Assembly (NCBI GenBank): GCA_000025185.1
Contig: CP001848.1
Span: 1,590,001-1,622,000, forward strand
Length of the DNA stretch: 32,000 bases
From: Pirellula staleyi DSM 6068
GTDB taxonomy: Bacteria > Planctomycetota > Planctomycetia > Pirellulales > Pirellulaceae
Direction of reading: 5' to 3'
Shown here piece by piece: positions 16,481 through 23,690 of the stretch. Both the position numbers and the translations under genes were made by a program. The notes beneath the pieces are model-generated. The model made no database searches and was not told where the DNA came from. It worked only from the letters and a program-made list of their open reading frames with translations. Positions within the stretch are counted from its first letter, which is position 1. The number at the start of each line of letters is the position of its first letter.

Positions 16481-18215
16481 TACTTCGTCTAGCAATCAAT
16501 GTCATACTGCAATCTGTAGGCTGCAATCGAGTGTGCCACTGGGCTCTGCCCAGTGAGAAGTGTAGGTGGACTCTACGATTTTAGGCAGATTTCGCCCAAA
16601 ACATCGGTTCCAGCTTCTGCACTGGCGAGACGCCAGTGGCACCCAAAAACACCTGACATTGATCGCTAGACGTCGTACTACTAATTCGCGGCCGATTTAC
16701 GAAGTCAGTCGCTGCGAAAGAGTCAAGAACGGCTCCGGCCGGTGGTTTGGGTTTGCTCGAGGAGGGTCTGAAGCTGTTTGACGATTTCCGGTTTTTGAAG
16801 ATAGAGATTGGTGGTCTCGCCGGGGTCGGTATCGAGATCATAGAGTTGACCGGGCGCTTCGGGAGCACTATCGGGTAGAGCAAACGGTTTCATCAGTCCT
16901 TGCTCGTAGTTGTTGCCGCCCGAGCCGCGATGGTCGATGTATTTCCAGTTGCCGCGGCGAATCGAAAGCGTTCGTGCTCCGCCAAAAGCCTGCGTGAGCA
17001 GATAAGGGCGAATCGGAGCATTAGCTGTCCCTTCGAGGACGGGAAGCATGTTCAAGCTGTCTTCAGCCGCATCGCGATCGAGTTCTGCGCCGGTGATGGC
17101 GGCGACGGTCGCCATGATGTCGGTCAAGCTGGTTAGCTCGGCGCTGGTTGTGTTTGGCTTTACGTGTCCAGGCCAGCGAACGATCAGTGGCAACCGGTGC
17201 CCCCCTTCCCAGGCGTCGCGTTTAACACCGCGCCAAGGTTTCGCGCCGTCGTGCTGGTGATCGGCCCGCATGTGGACAACCGTAGTTGTTTCGGGGCCGT
17301 TGTCGCTCGTCAGGATGACCAGCGTGTTTTCGGCGAGTCCATGCTTGTCGAGAGCCTGCATCAGCTGGCCCACGATGTGATCGAACTGGCAGAGAAAATC
17401 GCCATGAGGTCCAACCTCTGTCTTGCCGCGAAAGTCTTTTCCAGCAAATGATGGAAGGTGTACAGCCTGCGTGGCATGAAAGAGGAACAGCGGTTTCTGA
17501 GGCGAGGTGCGTGCGTGTTCTGCGATGAATTCGAGGCTCTTTTGCAAAAAGATTGTGTCGACCTCTTGCATCTCAAAGTCAGGCGCGATGAGTCCCAGGC
17601 GACAATCTTCCGAATACGGATGACTGGGCAATGTCGAGCGCTTTAGCAAACTGGTGGGAGGAGTTGGGATATGGTCGCCATCGATAAAGGCGTAGAGCCA
17701 ATCGGTCGTAGGACAGCAGGCGGTCCCGAAGAAGTGATCGAAACCATGATCGATAGGGCCCCCTTCGATGCGGCGCGAGAAATCAACCCGGCGCACAGCG
17801 TCGACTCCCGACGTCTTGATCGGCTCGCCACTGCTGTCTCGAAAGGTGAGACCGACATGCCATTTGCCGACAGCAGCAGTGACATAGCCTTGCTGCTGGA
17901 GCATGGCGGGGAGTGTGAGACGTCCCGGCGTGATGAGCGAAGGTCCACCGACTCCGGTGAAGACGGTGCCGCCGCCCGGCACGCGAAACGGCATCTGACC
18001 GGTCATCAGACCGTAACGCGACGGCGTGCAGACGGTCGATGGACTATGGGCGTCGGTGAATCGCATCCCTTCACGCGCGAGGCGATCGATGTTGGGTGTG
18101 GGAACCTTCGCGTCGGGGTTGTAGCAGCGCACATCGCCATAGCCGAGATCGTCGGCAAGTATAAGCACTATATTAGGTACACGGCCAGAGTCGGCAGATT
18201 CAGCTGCATTTCCTA

Positions 18216-19074
18216 GAGCCTGTTATTGACTTATCTGCTTGAAATTGCTGTAGTTAGGGGATGAAACACACGACAGGGAAGTCGTATCCCAGCGACGTAA
18301 CGGATGCGGAGTGGGAATTCCTGCTCCCTTACTTAAGCCTCATGCGCGAGGATGTGCCGCAGCGCGCCTATTCACTGCGCGACCAGTTTAACGCCATGCG
18401 CTACGTGGTGAAAACAGGAATCCAGTGGGACTTCCTGCCGCATGAAATGCCTCCGTGGCGGGCCGTCTATCAACAAATGCGACGCTGGTTCGAAGCGGGA
18501 GTCTTTGAGGAAATTGCGCAAGACCTCAGGCTGATGGTGCGTCTTTTGGAAGGACGTGACGAACAGCCAACCGCTGTGATCATGGATGCTCGAACGCTGC
18601 AATCGACTCCTGAAAGTGGAGGCCGCGCGGGATACGACGGCGCGAAGAAAAAGAAGGGTTCGAAGGCCAATATTGCCGTCGATACACTGGGAAATCTGCT
18701 GGCGGTTTACATCACTGCAGCCAATGAGCAAGACCGCGACCAAGTCGCCATCCTCTCGCAGAGAGTGCAAGAGGTGACGGGCAGCAACGTGGAGATAGCG
18801 TACGTCGATCAAGGCTATACGGGCGCCGCAGCAGCCGAGCAGGCTGAAGCATCCTCGATAAGATTACAAGTTATAAAACATACCGAGACCAAGCGAGGCT
18901 TTGTCCTATTGCCACGCCGCTGGGTTGTTGAGCGCACCTTTGGTTGGCTGAGTCGCTTCCGCCGTCTCGCGCGTGATTATGAGAGACTCACCGTCACGCT
19001 CACCAACTTCCACTGGCTCGCCTTCCTCACCATACTCCTCGCAAAAATCTACAGACAAAGTCAATAACTGGCTC
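18216..19074 (+). mobile_element. IS5-family insertion sequence, copy 1 (859 bp)
   Basis: Terminal inverted repeats GAGCCTGTTATTGACTT and AAGTCAATAACTGGCTC. Single 268-aa DDE transposase ORF. CTAG on both flanks. Confidence 0.9.
18261..19067 (+). CDS. IS5-family DDE transposase (with DUF4096-type N-terminus)
   Basis: 268 aa. YPSDVTDAEWEFLLPYL, GIQWDFLP and PWRAVYQQMRRW at the N-terminus, and VDQGYTG...RWVVERTFGWLSRFRRLARDYE at the C-terminus, typical of IS5/IS4-superfamily transposases. Confidence 0.9.
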   Translation: MKHTTGKSYPSDVTDAEWEFLLPYLSLMREDVPQRAYSLRDQFNAMRYVVKTGIQWDFLPHEMPPWRAVYQQMRRWFEAGVFEEIAQDLRLMVRLLEGRDEQPTAVIMDARTLQSTPESGGRAGYDGAKKKKGSKANIAVDTLGNLLAVYITAANEQDRDQVAILSQRVQEVTGSNVEIAYVDQGYTGAAAAEQAEASSIRLQVIKHTETKRGFVLLPRRWVVERTFGWLSRFRRLARDYERLTVTLTNFHWLAFLTILLAKIYRQSQ

Positions 19075-19272
19075 TAGGGAAAGTGTCGTTGCTGCAGCGA
19101 AGCTGGCAATGATTAGTGTAGCTGATTTGTGTAGTAAACGCATAGAATATTCTCAGGCTGCGAGTAGATAGTCGAAATGCGTATTGGCCGAAGTGACGGT
19201 GAACTTGATTCGACGTCAGTATCGGTGCAGCAAATTTCGCAGTCAACAAAGTCAATATATGGAGAGGCGTAC

Positions 19273-19740
19273 ATGGGCAAAAAGCGGAAGCTAAGACGAC
19301 AGCAACATGGTTAAGCTTGGCACTGGAAGCAAACTGACTCCTGGTACTACACCCTACCTGGTACGAAGAAGCGAATGGCCCTCTTCAACGAACAGGGCGA
19401 ACGAATCAAAGGCCTGGCCAAGAACTTCGAAGCGGAGCAGGCCCTCGCTAGGATCAAGGTCGGGCTGGCGGATAACGGGCCAGGATTTACGCCCGAGGGA
19501 GAATGGATCGTAGCCCGTGTCTGTTCTGACTACATCCAGTATTGCGAACGTGGTGTTCTCAAAGGGACCACCACTTCCGGGCATTTGCTCAGGACGATGT
19601 CTTGGCTAAACGACCTTTGTGCGTACTGTGGCGCATTGCCGCTTTCTCAACTCAAGAAGGGGCACATCACCACTTGGATTGAATCCCATCCGACGTGGCT
19701 AAGTACGGAAACCCACCGAAGTGTACTTTCTATTGTCCTA
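19273..19740 (+). pseudogene. Tyrosine-recombinase (phage-integrase-like) N-terminal fragment with an in-frame stop, truncated by IS
   Basis: ATG19273 is preceded by ggagagg. The reading frame gives MGKKRKLRRQQHG-TAA(19312-19314)-AWHWKQTDSWYYTLPGTKKRMALFNEQGERIKG...HITTWIESHP...RSVLSIV. This resembles the arm-binding plus SAM-like N-terminal domains of integrases. The frame runs into the IS end at 19741 and no catalytic domain is present. Confidence 0.45.
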
Positions 19741-20599
19741 GAGCCAGTTATTGACTTTGTCTGTAGATTTTTGCGAGGAGTATGGTGAGGAAGGCGAGCC
19801 AGTGGAAGTTGGTGAGCGTGACGGTGAGTCTCTCATAATCACGCGCGAGACGGCGGAAGCGACTCAGCCAACCAAAGGTGCGCTCAACAACCCAGCGGCG
19901 TGGCAATAGGACAAAGCCTCGCTTGGTCTCGGTATGTTTTATAACTTGTAATCTTATCGAGGATGCTTCAGCCTGCTCGGCTGCTGCGGCGCCCGTATAG
20001 CCTTGATCGACGTATGCTATCTCCACGTTGCTGCCCGTCACCTCTTGCACTCTCTGCGAGAGGATGGCGACTTGGTCGCGGTCTTGCTCATTGGCTGCAG
20101 TGATGTAAACCGCCAGCAGATTGCCCAGTGTATCGACGGCAATATTGGCCTTCGAACCCTTCTTTTTCTTCGCGCCGTCGTATCCCGCGCGGCCTCCACT
20201 TTCAGGAGTCGATTGCAGCGTCCGCGCATCCATGATCACCGCGGTTGGCTGTTCGTCACGTCCTTCCAAAAGACGCACCATCAGCCTGAGGTCTTGCGCA
20301 ATTTCCTCAAAGACTCCCGCTTCGAACCAGCGTCGCATTTGTTGATAGACGGCCCGCCACGGAGGCATTTCATGCGGCAGGAAGTCCCACTGGATTCCTG
20401 TTTTCACCACGTAGCGCATGGCGTTAAACTGGTCGCGCAGTGAATAGGAACGCTGCGGCGCATCCTCACGCATGAGGCTCAAATAGGGGAGCAGGAATTC
20501 CCACTCCGCATCCGTTACGTCGCTGGGATACGACTTCCCTGTCGTGTGTTTCATCCCCTAACTACAGCAATTTCAAGCAGATAAGTCAATAACAGGCTC
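19741..20599 (-). mobile_element. IS5-family insertion sequence, copy 2 (859 bp)
   Basis: Same inverted repeats and length as copy 1, in opposite orientation. CTAG on both flanks. The transposase differs from copy 1 at 2 aa. Confidence 0.9.
19748..20554 (-). CDS. IS5-family DDE transposase
   Basis: 268 aa, near-identical to the copy at 18261-19067 (V31A, A35S). Confidence 0.9.
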   Translation of the reverse strand: MKHTTGKSYPSDVTDAEWEFLLPYLSLMREDAPQRSYSLRDQFNAMRYVVKTGIQWDFLPHEMPPWRAVYQQMRRWFEAGVFEEIAQDLRLMVRLLEGRDEQPTAVIMDARTLQSTPESGGRAGYDGAKKKKGSKANIAVDTLGNLLAVYITAANEQDRDQVAILSQRVQEVTGSNVEIAYVDQGYTGAAAAEQAEASSIRLQVIKHTETKRGFVLLPRRWVVERTFGWLSRFRRLARDYERLTVTLTNFHWLAFLTILLAKIYRQSQ

Positions 20600-20613
20600 T
20601 AGGGAGATTTGTT

Positions 20614-21324
20614 GTGATTCCGGCCGAGAATAGCTCGTGTGTTGTACTGGTCCCGGTTGGCTCACAGATTGAACCTGCATGTGAAGCAGGCCTCAAAGAC
20701 CTAGAAAAACGGGGTTATCCAGTTTGGCGAGTAAGGGGATATGCAGCGATCGATCAGGGTCGCAATCAGATGGCGACTGATGCGATTGCGCAAGGATTCA
20801 AAGAAACGATGTGGATCGATTCAGACATTGCCTTTGACCCCAATGCAGTTGACCGCCTTCGAACGCATCAGCTGCCGATCACATGCGGCGTTTATCCGAA
20901 AAAGGGAAAGCGAGAACTTGCGATTCATGTACTGCCAGGCACAGAGAAGATCGTTTTTGGCAAAGATGCGAGCTTGACAGAGATCAAGTATGCCGCCACT
21001 GGATTCTTGCATGTCCGTCGTGAAGTTTACTTAAAAGTCCAGGCCGATCTCAAGCTCCCTCTTTGCAACACTCGATGGAAGAACCCGATGGTTCCATTCT
21101 TTATGCCGATGGTGCAACCAGAGTCCTGGGGAAGTTGGTACTTGGCCGAAGACTATGCTTTTTCAGAGCGAGCAAGGCGATGCGGCTACCAGGTTTGGGC
21201 TGATACTTCGATCCGGCTGGGACACATCGGCAGCTATAGCTACAGCTGGGAAGATGCTGGAAGTGATACGAAGCGATTCGCTAGTTACACTTACCATCTC
21301 ACGGACCAAAAAAATGAGTCCTAG
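20614..21324 (+). CDS. GT-A-fold (family-2-like) glycosyltransferase
   Basis: 236 aa. The order VVLVPVGSQIEP, then AIDQGRNQMA, then MWIDSDIAFDP (a DxD-type motif), then YLAEDYAFSERARRCGYQVWADTSIRLGHIG matches the layout of small GT-A glycosyltransferases. GTG start with gggag 8 nt upstream. Confidence 0.6.
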   Translation: MIPAENSSCVVLVPVGSQIEPACEAGLKDLEKRGYPVWRVRGYAAIDQGRNQMATDAIAQGFKETMWIDSDIAFDPNAVDRLRTHQLPITCGVYPKKGKRELAIHVLPGTEKIVFGKDASLTEIKYAATGFLHVRREVYLKVQADLKLPLCNTRWKNPMVPFFMPMVQPESWGSWYLAEDYAFSERARRCGYQVWADTSIRLGHIGSYSYSWEDAGSDTKRFASYTYHLTDQKNES

Positions 21325-21398
21325 TCGTGGCAAATGGAATTGTCGGGATGACGCACTGACCCAACCGTCAAGAGATAACCGCTGTAGAGAATAGAGCA

Positions 21399-22211
21399 AT
21401 GATTAACACTTATTGGTGGCAAGGAGGCGGTGGCTCAAGAAATTTTGGTGACAAACTTGGACCGGCTCTGATAGAGCAACTTAGCGGTAAGCGGGTTTGC
21501 CACTCCACGATCGAAGACAGCGACATCCTTGCTATAGGAAGCGTTCTAGAACCCTGGTTTTGGCCGAAAGACTCCTGGCGCAAGTACAGTGGAGCAATTT
21601 GGGGAGTGGGGCGCATGTTTGGGCAAGTTCCATTCGATCTTCCCGCTGCAAATTCTATCGCAGTTCGAGGGCTACTCTCCAAAAGTCGGCTGGCTAATTC
21701 AGTTAACCGAGAGGTGGTCACTGGCGATCCTGGACTACTCTGTCCTCTGCTGCATCACGGTTTGACAGGGCCAGCCCGCAAACTCGGCGTTTGGCCACAC
21801 TGGAGTGAACTATCGCACCCGGCGTTCAAAACACTCGCGGCAAGTTCCCCAGACATCACGTTCATTGATCCCTGCGGTGATATTCGGGAAACACTAGACC
21901 GAGCCAGCAAATGTGAATTCATCGCCTCGTCGTCACTACATGGCTTGATTACGGCGGATGCCTTGGGGATTCCCAGGTGCTGGCTTCGCCTCAACACCGG
22001 AAATGAAGATCGGGCAGGTATGCCCGAGTTCAAGTACCGCGACTATTTTTCTGTCTATTCATCCCCCCCTCCTGATCCATTGCTCCTCTCCTCGACCACT
22101 CGCTTAGCCGAAATCGTCCAAAATGCCTCTTCGGTGGATCGTAACGAAGTGTGTCTCATCCAGACGACGCTGGCAAAGTGCTTTCCCTTTGGGAAAGCCC
22201 CAACAATCTAG
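21399..22211 (+). CDS. Polysaccharide pyruvyl transferase family protein
   Basis: 270 aa. N-terminal NFGDKLGPALIEQLSG and C-terminal SSSLHGLITADALGIP resemble the two hallmark segments of PS_pyruv_trans (CsaB/WcaK-like) proteins. Confidence 0.6.
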   Translation: MINTYWWQGGGGSRNFGDKLGPALIEQLSGKRVCHSTIEDSDILAIGSVLEPWFWPKDSWRKYSGAIWGVGRMFGQVPFDLPAANSIAVRGLLSKSRLANSVNREVVTGDPGLLCPLLHHGLTGPARKLGVWPHWSELSHPAFKTLAASSPDITFIDPCGDIRETLDRASKCEFIASSSLHGLITADALGIPRCWLRLNTGNEDRAGMPEFKYRDYFSVYSSPPPDPLLLSSTTRLAEIVQNASSVDRNEVCLIQTTLAKCFPFGKAPTI

Positions 22212-22274
22212 CGATTCAACTCAACAAGAGTGTGCTCTCGTTTTCATCTCGATGATTGACTACTCAAGACCGCT

Positions 22275-23531
22275 TTGGTGGTTCACATGCATGCATTGTT
22301 TTTGTTGAAGAACAGCAGGGCCAACGATGAAGAGTTGCGTTTTACCCTGAGGTCTGTTGCACTAAATTGGCCATGGATTACGAAGGTCTGGATTTTTGGA
22401 GACCGTCCGCATTTCATGGCAGATTGTCCAGAGCGTATCGAACATGTTCCTCATGAGTACATAGCGAGAGTCAGTGGTTTTCGGACACCGGTACGCAACA
22501 TGTTTCTGATGACCTACCTCGCATCACTTCTTCCAGAGCTTTCGGCAGAATTCATGCTCTGCACCGACGACACGGCAATACTTCATCCAATGAGCTTGGA
22601 AGATGCCAGTATCGTGAGGTACATCGAGGATCTAAAGGAAGTGAAATCACGCGGTACTGGGCTATGGAAAGATGCCCTATGGAGAACGCACGACACGCTG
22701 AAGCGGTTAGGGTATCCGTCACTCAACTTTGAAGCCCACGTTCCCTCCGTATTCAGCAAGAAGCAAGTTATCGAAGCCTATTTCGACTTGCGCGATTTTG
22801 TGAGCGAGGATCGGTTCTATGGCCTGCTCGTCAAGACAGCGGTCTATTCACACACCATGAAGAATCGCAAGTTTCCGATAGTTCGACTCAAAGATGAGCA
22901 GAGTGTCGCTGGATTCCATCATCGCCCAGCCAGCTACGAGGCGATCGAATTGGCTAGCCGAGGTAAAAAATTCCTCAACTTCGACGATGATGCGTTCGAC
23001 CAGGCCATGGTGCAGTACTTGACGACGAGGTTTCCTGAACCGTCGTGTTTCGAGAACCCACTTGCTCCACCTCCGGCGATTTCACCCCGACAAGAGAGCT
23101 TCGAGGGAATCGCAACGTCACCCTGGACAGGCGCATTCCCACGCAGGATTGTGGTCGCCTGCCGTAATTTTCCGGCACTACCGATTCTCCTGAAACAGTT
23201 GAAATTGCTCCCGGCAGAGTCTCTACTTCACTGTGTTGGATTGCCACAAACGGTTGCTGCTGAGCTGGATGGCTCTCGCGTGAAGATATCGAACGACCTA
23301 GCGACAGTGATCGAAGCTACGAAGACCAGCAGCATCGCAATTGCTTGGGACTGCAAGCCGATGGAGGAGCGTGCAATTCAAATGAAAGTACCTCTACTTT
23401 CACTGAACGACGCTACTTTCACACTCGGTGGATCTGGGGACACAACACCAGGCACGCGTCGAGAATTCGCATCTGTATCATCGCCTGCCATGATCATCGA
23501 TCGACTCCGCCATCTATGGGAGGGAATTTAG
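22275..23531 (+). CDS. Stealth-CR2-like capsule/glycan phosphotransferase-like protein
   Basis: 418 aa. NDEELRFTLRSVALNWPWITKVWIFGDRPHFM...HVPHE...LLPELSAEFMLCTDDTAIL parallels the Stealth CR2 pattern (ELRYSLRS..APW..I.IVTD..P.WL..H..IF...LP.FNS..IE...GLSE.FLY.NDD). ATG22287 is an alternative start. Confidence 0.5.
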   Translation: MVVHMHALFLLKNSRANDEELRFTLRSVALNWPWITKVWIFGDRPHFMADCPERIEHVPHEYIARVSGFRTPVRNMFLMTYLASLLPELSAEFMLCTDDTAILHPMSLEDASIVRYIEDLKEVKSRGTGLWKDALWRTHDTLKRLGYPSLNFEAHVPSVFSKKQVIEAYFDLRDFVSEDRFYGLLVKTAVYSHTMKNRKFPIVRLKDEQSVAGFHHRPASYEAIELASRGKKFLNFDDDAFDQAMVQYLTTRFPEPSCFENPLAPPPAISPRQESFEGIATSPWTGAFPRRIVVACRNFPALPILLKQLKLLPAESLLHCVGLPQTVAAELDGSRVKISNDLATVIEATKTSSIAIAWDCKPMEERAIQMKVPLLSLNDATFTLGGSGDTTPGTRREFASVSSPAMIIDRLRHLWEGI

Positions 23532-23576
23532 ACAGCCTTGCACCGTTCCTTTTCTCCCATTTTGGGGGAGAAAACA

Positions 23577-23604
23577 TTGACTGCTCGTTTGGGGAGGGTA
23601 TATT
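23577..23604 (+). promoter_or_regulatory. Candidate sigma70-like promoter TTGACT-16 nt-TATATT upstream of the giant gene
   Basis: ttgact is at 23577-23582 and tatatt at 23599-23604, about 87 nt upstream of ATG23691 in the 159-nt intergenic gap. Confidence 0.35.
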
Positions 23605-23690
23605 CACCCCCGCTATGACCACTACCATCGGTAAAAATGGTGTGGCCTCGGTGAAAACTAGCTGCCTCCCGAACACCAGGACTTTGCACC

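Larger units (their letters stand above)
16723..19143 (-). pseudogene. Arylsulfatase gene split by IS insertion within the signal-peptide coding region
   Basis: The body at 16723-18215 encodes PNIVLILADDLGYGD and the CTPSR formylglycine motif. Removing 18216-19074 plus one CTAG copy joins it in frame to 19075-19143, giving MRLLHKSATLIIASFAAATTLSLGNAAESADSGRVPNIVLILADD, an intact signal peptide with ATG at 19143. Confidence 0.85.

Noticed and set aside
18372-18812. 146-aa antisense ORF conserved in all three IS copies (also at 20003-20443 and 30105-30545), plus 63-74-aa ORFs
   Set aside because: The conservation is trivially explained by the near-identity of the IS copies. The sequence is Arg/Leu/His-rich without motifs. 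There is no independent evidence for a second IS gene.
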